A stretch of 64,000 nucleotides of DNA. Origin: the human T2T-CHM13v2.0 reference genome, Homo sapiens. The notes beneath the pieces are model-generated. The model had not been told where the DNA came from. It saw nothing but the letters and a program-made list of their open reading frames with translations, and ran no database searches. Below, one piece after another: positions 43,297 through 59,144 of this stretch. Every line of letters begins with the position of its first letter. The stretch's first letter is position 1. Where the stretch lies: the NCBI RefSeq assembly GCF_009914755.1, contig NC_060929.1. One strand, written 5' to 3'. The translations under genes were made by a program, and so were the position numbers.

Positions 43297-43849
43297 CTTG
43301 GTCTGGTAGCACTCTCGAGATAGCACCCTGTTATTCTTGGACACACAGTTTAAAAAAGCACTAATACGTAAATCAATTGAGCCAATGTACCAGTGTGCAA
43401 CTGGATGTTTTCAAGCCTGTTCATGAGAGCTTCTGGCATTCTGACATTAAGGTGCTGTTTACTTTGCAGGTTGTTGCACATGTTCCTATCTTGCTTTTCC
43501 TAGAGTTCTAACTGCCTGGGTGCCACTGCTTTCATAATCCTTGGAGTCAAGAAATTATTTCAGACTGATTATTAAAGCCTGCCATGTGTGTTTTCTATGA
43601 TGAAGCAAAGTAATCTATTATTCTGACTGAACATAATACAGAAAAAAGAGACTTCCCTAATTCTGTGATATTCTCATAGATTCCTTTTACAGACTTATTT
43701 TTGGCTGAACAATATTCACATCCTGGGTATTCAAAGATTTTTGTTTAACTTTCCATTTGATGTCATGACCATTATGTACTGTCTCCACTTTGAATGTCTG
43801 TGACTTGCAACTAAGTTTTATTTTTCCCTGTTTTTCTCCCAATAAACAA

Positions 43850-44130
43850 ATCAGCCAAACATTTATTAAGAATTCACTAAATGGAAATGAATGCTAAGGG
43901 CAGGAAGAATGAGAAACTCAAACCCAGCCTTTTGGCATTCTACTAGACCTACTCAGATAACTCGAATGGAAGGCAATGTGTGATGTGTTATAAACACAGG
44001 CATAAATACACTGCTAAGGCAGTAAGAGGGAGAGGAAATTGGAACAATCTGGGAAGGTGGAATTTAAGCTGGGTCCTTGAAAGATGAATAAGAGGTGAGA
44101 CTCCAGACATTCCAGGCTTAGGGACAATTT
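43850..44130. mobile_element. L2 relic
   Basis: caaacatttattaag...ggtggaatttaagctgggtccttgaaagatgaata...cattccagg. Confidence 0.5.
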
Positions 44131-44281
44131 TGCACACTTTTGAGTGCAGATTTGTTAAAATCAGTGAACATCAGCTGGCATCCTGGAGCCTGAAAGCCAC
44201 GAGTATTTGAAAATATTTTTGAATTTCAATGTCTTCAGGCCTCAGGTCTCTCCTTTTCTCCATGAGTCCCACTGTACCTCT

Positions 44282-44346
44282 AAAGTTATAGAGGAAAGAG
44301 CAGGAGAGGAAAGAGCAGGAAAGTTATAGAGGAAAGAGCAGGAGAG
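44282..44346. repeat. Local purine-rich tandem duplication
   Basis: aaagttatagaggaaagagcaggagag at 44282-44308 and 44320-44346, with a partial third copy between. Confidence 0.9.
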
Positions 44347-47300
44347 AAAGTGCTCCAAATGTTGCAGCACAGTCAGGATGCATGGAGAACAGAACCAGTT
44401 ATCTGATTTGGCAATTAAGGAATCATTAAGCAGCTTTGATAGGAAAAATGTTAGTAGATAGTGGGCAAGAGATCCAGATGCAAATAGGTTGGTGAGTCAC
44501 TTGTACTTGCTATAGCTTCACATATTTAGTCTCCCACTTTGTGTTGTCCATTAAAGCATTTCAGCTGGGTCCCTGGTTTAAATGTATTGCTTGTGGGCAA
44601 TCATAGGGTTAGCAAGAGTTGACTGCAAGGAAGGAAAAAAAAAAAAAGAAAGGGAGAAGAGGGCACACTGGTGGCAGGCTTTAAGAGGGGTTGCAGCTCT
44701 TCTTCAGTGGGGATATGGATCTAGGATCTTTAATCCCTTTGAGGAGTGGTATTAGCAAAAAGCACTAATAAGGAATGCAGGAGAACCATCAGTGTAATAT
44801 TATCGTTACCGAGAAAACTGGAAATCACCTAAATGTTCATCAACAGGGAACTGATTAAATCAATAATTGATTATTTATACAATGGGGTACAACAACGCAA
44901 GTAAGAAAAAAAATAAGCGTGAAGAGATAGAAAGATCTCTAGGATAAATTATTTAAAAATCAGAGCGCAGAAGAGTATATGTAATAGGCTCCCATTTATG
45001 TTCGCATATATATACAAACTTCTAGGAGGGTGCATACAAACTGTTAACATTTGTTATATCTGGGGAGTGAAAAATGAGGATAAGAGAAAGCAAAAATTTT
45101 ACTTTTGAATTTATACCCTTAACAAATAGTTAAAAGCAACTCATATGATGACAATGAGTAAGTATTAAAGAATACTTACAGTACTTCCCAGGGCTGACCT
45201 GAAATTTAGTATGAGGACAAGCAACTACTGTTATAAAAGGACCAATAGATACCAGATGTTAAATTTAACAACTATTAAATCATTTAATTTAGTAAGTGGT
45301 TACTGAGTAGGTTACTGTCCAATCCTTAAGCAGCTGTCAATAGAGTACACGGACAAGTTAATACAAAGAGAAAGGTAACAGATATGATGTGAATGCATGG
45401 GAAAGCCAGGTAGTCAGAGAAGACTTCTTGGTGGAGGTGGGGATTAGGGTTTGGATGGGTGAAGCAGAAGAAACACAGAAAGAGCAACAGAATGAGAAGA
45501 CAAGAAAAAACATGGTGGGCTTTTCAACGGACATGGAAGGGAAGTCAATTTGGTGAGGACTTGTCTCAAAAGGGATGGCAGAATGCTGCCTGAGGGAGGC
45601 TGGACCCCCTTACCAGGTAGAACTTCCTCTCTAATCCATAGGCTTTCGATCTCTCCCTATCACTGATACCCCAAGGTCGAAAGGACTGGGTCCTCAGGCC
45701 AGTCTGTCCTGTAGATTCACATCTTGTTTCTAATAGAAACAGTAGAATCATCTATTCAGTTATTTTTCTAAATTCCAGTTTACTCAAAATGACTGCATAC
45801 TTAATTTTTTTGATAAGGCTATGCTTTTCTGCAAATCTCTTCCCCCCTTAAAATTACATTAGATAAATAATAATTCTCATTGCCCATTTGGTACACCTGG
45901 TCAACCTAGGCTTGCCTGCTACCACTATTGGGGAATTAACCATTTGTGCTATAGTATTAATATAGCAAAGAAACATAGCCGGTTGTTTTGGAGAATGACT
46001 ATATTAAGCCTATTGACTGTTTATCACTAGAAAGAAAATATTGAAGCACTTTTATTACAGAAGTCCATTGGAGGCTATAGGCAGTCTAAGAACAACTGAG
46101 GAAATATTAAGAGAAAAAAGAGAATATTACCCTATCACTAAAAACTCTCCTGGCTGGAATCATAAAACAATCTGTTCAATGGCAGGAAATAATATATCTC
46201 ACAACATGGGAAATCTTGGGTCTTGGAGAACTTTTATCTTTTATTTTGTCACAAGTAAATTAGAAAACTCCATGTACAAGGGGAAGAGAGGATTATGAAA
46301 ATACAAAGGCAGTGTCCAAGTGGCCCATGTGGCAGTGGGTGAGCTGTACAACCAGGAATCAGCCAGGACCATCTGCTGATCAGTAAACAGAAAGTGCTGA
46401 CTTATGGTGGACCAGAATTCTGCTCTAGTAGCTAAGAATAAAACACCAAGTTCCTGGTCCCTTTTCAAAGCACTCATTGGCTTTCTTCAAGTTGGAGAAT
46501 ATGCTCCAGCTTGGATCAAGAGTGAAACTGGAGAAGCTACACAAGATGGGCATTTGGCCTTTCACCAACATGCTTGTTCCTTGACTTGGCTCTCAGCAAA
46601 CCCCATGCAAACATTCAGCATTTCACGGCTGAGGCCACACACAGAAGCCATCAGGTGGAGACAGCTGCAAATGTACTTTCTCACACTCACGCTGGGGAGA
46701 ACAGGCAGGGAGGTGGGGTAAGGGAAGGTCAGGAGCAGGGTAAGAAGGAGGCCACCTCATGAATGTTTTAAAATCCTTCCCAGGTAGCCCACAGATGTTT
46801 CTGTGGCTACCAACGTGAGAAAAGCCATCTTTTAAACAGCAGAAATCTCACTCGTTCCCCTGTCCCACTCTCTCCCTGTCAATCCCCAGGACATGCCACA
46901 ATAAGTTGAGAAGCTGTAAAGATCTGTGGTAAAAAGAAAAAGCTCCAATATGTCTGTGGATGTTACCTAAAGAAGCCCCGAAGTCAAGGAACAAAGTAAA
47001 AAACTGTGACTAAGAGTTGGAAAAAATATTACTACATGCCACAAGACATTAGGAGGAAAGTATGTGTGCCAAAAATCCAGAGAGGCTCCCAGAAAGTTCC
47101 CTCTCAGCAACCCCTCTCAAGGAGAACCAACTTATTGTACTTTACACATAATTGCTTTTCAGGTCTGCCTCACAAATAATTCCTTGGTGAATACCTAAGT
47201 CAGCAAAACAACAGGAATTTTTATACTGATCCTATAATACTGGCAGGGTGGTGAGCTGCAGGGCTCAGTCGGGGCAAACACATAAAAAATTGCCAACTTG

Positions 47301-48042
47301 CATAAGAAGTTTTTATCTAATGTAGATGATGCAGAAAATGTGTCCATTTTCTTCCTTTTTCCAGATGGCAGACTTTTTTTTCTTACACAATACCCATTTG
47401 TATGGCAATTATGCCCAGACCAGCTTTCAATGAGTCCATTAGAGCCGGCCAGTCCAACACAACTTCCTGCACAGCCTGTCCCTTGGGGACATGGATTCTG
47501 TTCACAGGGCAAAGACCTGGATGGCTTGACCCAGCTCCCGTTCCTCCAAGCTCTAGACTTCATCATTGTTCTCTCAGGCTACTCTCTCCCTGACCTTCAG
47601 ATTTGACCCTCGTTGTTCTATTTCTAGGCCTAAATTTACCTTCCCTCCATTACAGCTTCACCAGCCAATCCAGTTGCATTGCAGTAATGTCTCTCAGCTG
47701 ACTTGGTCGCTGGTATTCTGGCACCTGGCCACTTTAGGGGGGCAGAGAGATATATTTTCAAAACATGCTATTTGTTACCAGATGGTCAACTCCTCTACCA
47801 ATCAAATACACATCATTTATTTGTTCAACAAACAATGAACACCGATTATTATAAGACTGTTAGTGCTGAAGGTACATCAAATAAGATACTGTCATCCTCA
47901 GAGCACTCAGCCATTACTAATGTACCACACTGGATAGAAATCAGCTACCCCATTGAATCCATATTATGGAAACAAAGCAAAATCATACTAATACTTCAGA
48001 GTCATTCTAAACTTTATAGCTTTCCAGTAGCTTTTCTACTAG

Positions 48043-48206
48043 TGAGACTCTGACTTAAGGTTATTAATATTAGAATATATATTACATAGAATATATATTA
48101 TTCTATAAAGTACATTAGAATATATAAGATCATTAATATTAGAATATATAATATAGAATATATATTATTCTGTAAAGTATATTAATGATCTTAAGTCAGA
48201 GTCTCA
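48043..48206. repeat. AT-rich inverted repeat enclosing a tandem duplication
   Basis: tgagactctgacttaag / cttaagtcagagtctca (17 bp perfect; 28 bp with 2 mismatches). Confidence 0.9.
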
Positions 48207-48794
48207 AGAGCAGATTGAAAGAGATCCTTCATATCATTTAACCAACCTTCGTTTGCTATCTCTAGCCCCCTCCCTTTTAGCATGGCTCCCTGCTAATCAA
48301 CCTCCCTCTCCCTGTAGCCTCAATAAAAATCTTTTGGAAACATGTTTCTCAGATCTTTTTGAAAAAAAAATGCCTGTTCTCACACTCTGCCTCTTGATCC
48401 TCTTGATGCTAGAAGAAATAGAAGTTTAGGGCACAAAGTGATGTGACAGATCAGATCTATGTTGGACAGTTCAGTGGGCCTAGCGTGGCTAAGTTATTCG
48501 GTCACTGAGTTAGATGGCAGCAGAGCCAAGGGGGTTCGAGGTCCCTCTATGATCCCTTACACCCCCAGATAAACCCAACAGTACCAAGTCACCCCAAAGG
48601 AAGGAGTAACAAGTGGGACCAGGGAGAACCAGATGCTGCTGAAACAATCTTCACTCCACAGACTCACTAAAGCTAGCAAAGAACACCTGATAACCCATCC
48701 AGCTTTACATTACCAACAGGGCAGAATGAAAGGAACTGCAACTGCCTTTGAGCAAAGGTGGTGATCATTCATGACTCTTGAGTTTGCCCTTTTA

Positions 48795-49039
48795 TTTTTA
48801 TTTTTATTTATTTATTTATTTTTTGAGACAGAGTCTTGCACTGTTGCCCAGGCTGGAGTGCAGTGGCGCTATCTCGGCTCACTGCAAGCTCCACCTCCCG
48901 AGTAGCTGGGACTACAGGCGCCCGCCACCACGCCCGGCTAATTTTTTGTAGTTTTAGTAGAGACGGGGTTTCACCGTGTTAGCCAGGATGGTCTCGATCT
49001 CCTGACCTCGTGATCCATCCGCCTCGGCCTCCCAAAGTG
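48795..49039 (-). mobile_element. AluY, 5'-truncated, with 32-bp internal deletion
   Basis: gcaagctccacctcccg|agtagctggg; ends at cccaaagtg; TSD gagtttg(c/a)cctttta at 48780-48794 and 49040-49054. Confidence 0.92.
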
Positions 49040-49065
49040 GAGTTTGACCTTTTAAAAAATTCTAG

Positions 49066-49506
<441 letters not shown>

Positions 49507-49599
49507 CTAAATTCTATATGGAACTGAACTTTACTGTCATCTGTAAAACAACAGAACATAATATGGTCAATACATAATTCTTGACTCAAACTACAAAAC

Positions 49600-49870
49600 C
49601 TGCCTCTCCCCCATGGTACCAGTGTGCACTTAGTTGCTCAAGCCAAAAACTCAGGAGTCATATTTGCTTCCCTCCCATTCCTCACCCCACACATGCAATT
49701 TATTATAAAGTCCTGTTTTACTGCCACCTTGAAATCATATACTTCTTTCCCTCTCCACTGTCACCCTACCCAAGTCATCATCAGATCTTCCCTGAATTAC
49801 TGTGGTAACCTCCTAATGGGTTGCCTTGCTTCCACTTTTGTCCCTGTACAATCTATTCTCCACATAGCAG
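49600..49870. mobile_element. L2 relic
   Basis: agttgctcaagccaaaaactcaggagtcat...ctgaattactgtggtaacctcctaa...caatctattctccacatagcag. Confidence 0.7.
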
Positions 49871-51305
49871 ACAGTCATCAGGGTGCCCACATGATGCAAG
49901 TAAGTCACAGTGAATTTGGTCCCGCCAGTAAGTCCTTGAGTGCTGGCCACTGATATAACATGCAGGAGGATGAGGAATAATTTGGATTTGTAATGTCAGT
50001 GATCTCATGGCATCACTACACTCTGAAAAGTCAAGCATGAATTACTTTATAGGAGACTCAAGGAAGACAGCTGTAATCATTTGGATGCATGCCACTAGAA
50101 CACTACAGAATGGACACTACACATAGTGACACATTCTGGAGGATATGGAATGAGAAACAGAGTAAGACCAAGGATGAACTGAGTAGACTTAGTGAAGAAT
50201 GACATGGCGCAAAAGGATTTAAAGAATGAAGCTGGGAAACCAACAATATCCAGCCACCAGGAAGACGTTAACCCTATCACGAGTGATGAAACCAGTTAAG
50301 AATTCCAGCCAAACAGCAAGGCCTTGAAGGGAAAAGATCTCATATTATCTCAGCCCTGATAACATTTGTCTGGTGATTATCAGAACACTAAGCAGTAGAG
50401 ATGAGGGTTTTTTACAAAATATTTGTTAGTTTTCAAGTTCCTTTCCTACCACTTAAGTCTGGCTTATATATAACCAGCATAGTTTTGTGACTGTTAAAGA
50501 TGTACCAGCCTGTCACTATTCTTGGTGACTCTTTCATTGAAAAAAACTGATGTCTGTTGTATTTGGATGGGCAGAGAAACTTACACATATAAAAGATCTA
50601 CAGGGAAGGGATGGGCACAGAGATGGAAAGCAATTTCACCAGCCCCAAACTGGAGTAAACAGTTACCATGGTTACTTAGGGTTGGTATGTTTTCTGCATT
50701 GATTTAAAAATGCTTAGTTACGTTAGCATTCCAGTGCTGTATTGGCACTAAGTTCACCACATCAGAGGAAAAACTGTCAACAAGCCATTTTCCAGAGCCT
50801 GGACAACTTTGTCCTCTGGTGAAACAATATCACTGCAGAACGTTCAGAAAGTGGATGGCCATTAGCATCCCTTTGACATGTTTAACGTACCCAGATTCCA
50901 ACCCCTTCTTGGAACATTTTTCAGGGCGGGTGAGCCCCCTTTCTACAAACACAGCTCCTTTCATAAATCAGACAATATTGAGGAGTTAAGACGAAATGAA
51001 TTTCTACCGGGCCAAAACTTAGCTGTTACTACAATAGTGTACGCTGGCAGGAAACTGCCTGGAGGGAGCAATCGATAACCAGAGTGGAGAGGACAGGAAA
51101 GCAACAATCACAAGTCCCAGTGGACTAAGCAACTGGGGGACAGAGATTCTGTCATTTATCTCATTAGCCCCAGATCCTAGCAGGTGCCCAGCATTCACAA
51201 AACACTTGTTGAACTGACAGTTGAAAGAAAGAAAAAAGAAAAAAAAAAAAGCTCAGAGGTGGAAGCTTGGTAAGTGCGGTGTGAAACTAGAAAAATAAGG
51301 CTTTT

Positions 51306-51818
<513 letters not shown>

Positions 51819-52315
51819 GAGGAGTATACAACCTTGGTAGATGAGGAGTGAAGAGAAAAACTTACAAAAAGTGGATAGTGAATTATGTGTCATGAGAGGA
51901 TCCCACAAAAACGTTACATTTGTCGTACACAGTTGTGCACAAATGTAATGTGGACACATTTGCACACACATGTGCACACAAACATGGTATGTACTAATGG
52001 GGAACTGGAACTTGACAGAACAATGAAGGGTGCAGGGTTCTGGGAGGGGCCCTGTTTGTTTTGGCCCCTGCTTGCAGCATGGGGAGTGGCTGAGGGAGGC
52101 TGGGGGCAGCCAGTGAGGGCAGACACCAGCTGCAGGTGGCACACAGGGTGTGGACATGTCCTGGGCAAGGCAGCTCCAGACACCCATCTGTATGGCTCTT
52201 TCTTTGTTCCACAGGAACAAATGAGCCCTTTCACAAATTCCAAAGGAGAGCCCGTCTAGTCCTATTTCCTAATAGAAACCAAAATTTACCTGACAATCCA
52301 CCTTGTTTTTATTAT

Positions 52316-52458
52316 CTATATATAGCAATGAATGATCTGCTCCCTATAAATAGGCTGCAAAACGGGGCTGTGCCTTTAGCAAACATTAAAGTGGAAATGG
52401 CCCTGACACAGATCAATAATGCTTGCCCATTTCCGTGTGCTGCTCTGTTTATTTTTAG
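52316..52458. promoter_or_regulatory. Candidate enhancer: three MEF2 consensus sites
   Basis: YTA(W)4TAR matches ctatatatag 52316-52325, ctataaatag 52344-52353 and ttatttttag 52449-52458 in apparently unique sequence; motif evidence only. Confidence 0.4.
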
Positions 52459-53205
52459 CCCTTACACAGAGCCTGATACTTGTAGAAAAAAACTCCGTAT
52501 CACCTTCAGGAATATTACCAATTAATGACGAAGGCAGAAATAGAATTTAAATTTACTTTATTCCTATCATTTCTTTTTTATAGGAATAAATTCAGACTTG
52601 GCATGAATTTGTTCTACTACCTCATTACATAGGTTCAGCCTTTGGGGAAGGAGATCATGAAGCTTATGAAATTCCATACCTCCTTTATTATTCCCTGTTT
52701 TCTTCTATTTGCCAATTTAGCTAAGAGTTCAGGTCTTTATCCCATGGGCAAAGAAGTACATGTAAATGCACATAAACTCAAAGAGAGAACTTTGCTCAGA
52801 CATAGGAAGGAGTATGACCCCTCTCTCAACTTCCTTTACATGCACATCATCACTTAGTACATGAAGGAAACAGAGCTGCAAAACCCCAGTGAAGAGTGCC
52901 TTCATTGGTGCTCTTTGGCAATATAAAAGGCATATTAGAAAAAGCAGAGGGCACGAAAGCAAGTAACTGAGACCCAATTCACTACACGAGTTGCCTTACC
53001 ATCTCTGTTTTTCCCATGGAGTCCAGCACAATGCCCTCACACAGCTGGTGTCAGCTGATGCTGGAGTTAAAAAAAAAAAAAGTTTTTCCTAAACACAAAT
53101 CATATTGTGATTATTTGTTGAATACTAAAGTTCCCAGTGGACTTGTAAACTCCTTGAAAGTCCAGAAAAGAGTTCCGTCCTCATGTTTGCATCCTCAGTA
53201 ACTAG

Positions 53206-53556
<351 letters not shown>

Positions 53557-53627
53557 TGAAAGATCAGATTATGTTACCACGTGATCCTGGGTAAGTCCCA
53601 CAACTCCTTAGGGCATTCACATCCTCA

Positions 53628-53815
53628 TCCAGGGGGTTTTATCAGAGTCCATAACAACAGCCATCAATAGGCATGTGACTGCCCTCAAATTCTGGGCAAA
53701 ATTTTATTTAGCAGAATGTGTGCATCATTTTTTCTGAGAAGTGAGTATATATCTTTTATTGTCTCAAAGGGGTCTGTGACTGTTCCCTGCCCCAAAAAGT
53801 TTAAAAATCTTTAGC
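53628..53815. mobile_element. Charlie4z-like hAT MITE relic
   Basis: cagggggtttt...gtccat...tctcaaaggggtctgtgac...ccaaaaagtttaaaaa. Confidence 0.5.
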
Positions 53816-53819
53816 CTAG

Positions 53820-56310
<2,491 letters not shown>

Positions 56311-58790
56311 AGATAATCTCTAGTGACGTTTCCAACTGAAAATGAAAAATTAATGAATGTTATGCTGGAAGGACACTGGCCCTCATTGTTTGATTGCTCG
56401 AAGAACTCCTGGATAATCCCCAAATTCATGTTTCTTTCCTAGTGGCTCCAGAGAAACCCTCCAACCAAAAGTTCACTGAGAGACGAATCAAGTGAGGTTA
56501 CTGGGGTGAGTTTTCTTCTGCAGTCACTTAGAAGAGAGTCTGGGTGAATCCACTCAGAATTGGGAGAACTGGGTAACGTCAATAAGTCTGTCTCACAGCA
56601 AAATTATTCAGCACACACAAATTGCATTTGGAAGCCTTAACAGCTGCAAATGGGAGGGATACGATGGGGTCATGTGTTTTCATAGTTGTTGTTCTGGACA
56701 GCTCTGTTTTGTGTGGGAAGAAGAAATAAACTGTGTTCTATTATGTGGAAGGTAGAAGTTTTCTAAATTTAGAGTCTTTATCACCTGTTATTTGCTCTGA
56801 ACATGGTTTTCCATATTTCCACCCTGAGGTGCAGGAGCTGAGGAAGTCCAGTGTATACCACTGCAATCAGTGGTAACCAAGTCATATGGCAGGCAACGGG
56901 CCAGACAACCTGGTCCAGTGACCGAACCCTATTTTAAGAGTCTGAAAGGACAGTTATAAACATTCAGGAGACGTTATCTCTTTAAAAAATTTATTTATTT
57001 ATTTATTTATTTTTAACCTTGCAGCTTCAGCTCAAAGGATGAGAGAGGAGGTGTTATTTTTATAGCAGCAGGATCTGGTTACCTATAAGCAAAATCTTTT
57101 TAAGGTACTAAGTTACAATAACATAGGTAGGTTTTCAAATAAAGGAAGACAGGACCAAAAGATGATCTCCAGAATCTGTCCAAATTTCCTCCACAAAAAC
57201 TGCTTCTCTCCTGTTCTTATAAGGAATTCCCTGAGATTCCAAAGCCCAATTCCTTTCAGGGGTTAAGCATTCTCGTAACCAGAATCCTTCCCAAAACCAA
57301 GGATAATTAGCTCTTGGGAAATTAAATTGATTGCTTATGTCTATGTTTGAGAAAATGTAGGTGTACAGAATATTGATGTCATTCAGTATTTATTTCTTCA
57401 GAAAAAAGATTTGTTGACAAAAACAAGAAAAAATATCCAATCTAGGTTGTTTTTCTGTATGTTAGAGATTCCACCCATATTCTCTATTATCAGAGAGAAC
57501 TTAAAATAATAAAGGATTATTTGTGTCTCATTTATAGTACCCTTTCCACTTGGCCTTTTCAAAAATGAGAAACGGCTCTTATAAATGACATTTTTATTTG
57601 TGCTACTTCTTTACATACAGGTTTATAAGCACCTGTATTGTATTTCTTATATAAAGGGACAGAGTTAACTGTGTGAATCCCAACTGGATTCCTGTTACAT
57701 GTTTGCATATGGGATTTCCCCTCTTTATTTTACCATGAAACTAGATTCTCCACATTCTACCAACCCCAACCAGCCAACACTCTGCCCCCACAAAATCTTG
57801 TTTCTTCTTGTATTAAAGTATGAAACCTATTGGTGACTTTTGCTTAGAGTGTGTGATCAGACACATTTAGTTGGGCTCTTCCATGCAACACAGGTAAAGG
57901 AAACAGCCAAAATTGCAACTTAGGCAGCCAACTAGTAACCTGGTGAGTATTATCCTTACAATGAAAAGTTACCAACTGGATGCCAACTTTACATTTCCCT
58001 GCCTACAAGAAGGAATAATAAACAGACTGGAAAGATGAATAGAATTATATTGTGTTAACATTGGAACAAGTCCATACAAATGATCCAGTTTTCTGTTCCT
58101 TTCTCAGAAGAGGAACCTGGTGACTCCTGGTGACTTTCTACATCCATCTCCAGTCAGAGACAGTGCCTAGACCACTCAGGGTTCTGAGTGGGGTTGAAGC
58201 AGAATGGAAGACTTGGCCATTCGGTCATTTACACTGACTTCATAGAGAAATCTTTGAAGGTCAAAGAACTTTTCAGTAACTACAATTAGGTAACCAATTT
58301 CATAAGGTGGTAAGGGGTTACACAAGGCACATAAAGGTTTAGATATTTATTAGTTATTCAAACATTTAGGAAATTATAAAGGACAACCAAAATCAACCTG
58401 TTTCATTTCAAAGCAAAAAAGTATTTTGTACACTCCTGGATATTTTCCAGCAAGTTTCCACCAACCTCTGTCAACTCACATTCCCTGACAGAAGCCTAGA
58501 AAATGAGCTAACCCTACATGGCCCACAAACCAGCTCACTTTTGTGAGGGTCGAGAACCAGGCCACAGTGGCACATCCAGGCCCAACTGTCACATCTCTTG
58601 CATTTTCTCCAATTGGAAGCCAACAGGCCTCTTACTGCCAGAATGTTCATTCTGAAGGAATGTCTGTGAGAGCCGAGCTTCCAATCCCTTTCCCAACACA
58701 CTATCCCTGGATCAAGCATGAAAATCTATGCTCTGTATTTAAGCTGGAGATGGAATAAAGACTAAAAATACTGTCAAAATACTTTTTCCA

Positions 58791-59144
58791 CTGAGGAATA
58801 TTATTCAGCCTTAAAAAGGTAGGAAATTCTGACATATACTAAAACATGAGTAAACCTTCAGGACATTATACCAACTGTAATGTTGGCTACAAAAGACAAA
58901 TACTGTATGATTCCACCAAAATGAGGTAGAGTAGTCAAAATCACAGAGACAACAAGGAGAATGGCGGTTGCTAGGAGCTTGGGAGTTTTGTAAGATGAAA
59001 AGAGTTCTGTAGATGGATGGTGGTGATGGTTGCACAATATTATGAATGTATTTACTACCACTGAACTGTACATTTAAAAATGATTTAAGATGTTAAATTT
59101 TATGTTATGCACATTTTACTGCACAAAAATAATATAAATAATAA
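58791..59144 (+). mobile_element. L1MB-type 3' end with intact TSD
   Basis: ggaatattattcagccttaaaaagg..ggaaattctgaca; gatggatggtggtgatggttgcacaa; TSD aaaatactttttcca at 58776-58790 and 59145-59159. Confidence 0.88.
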
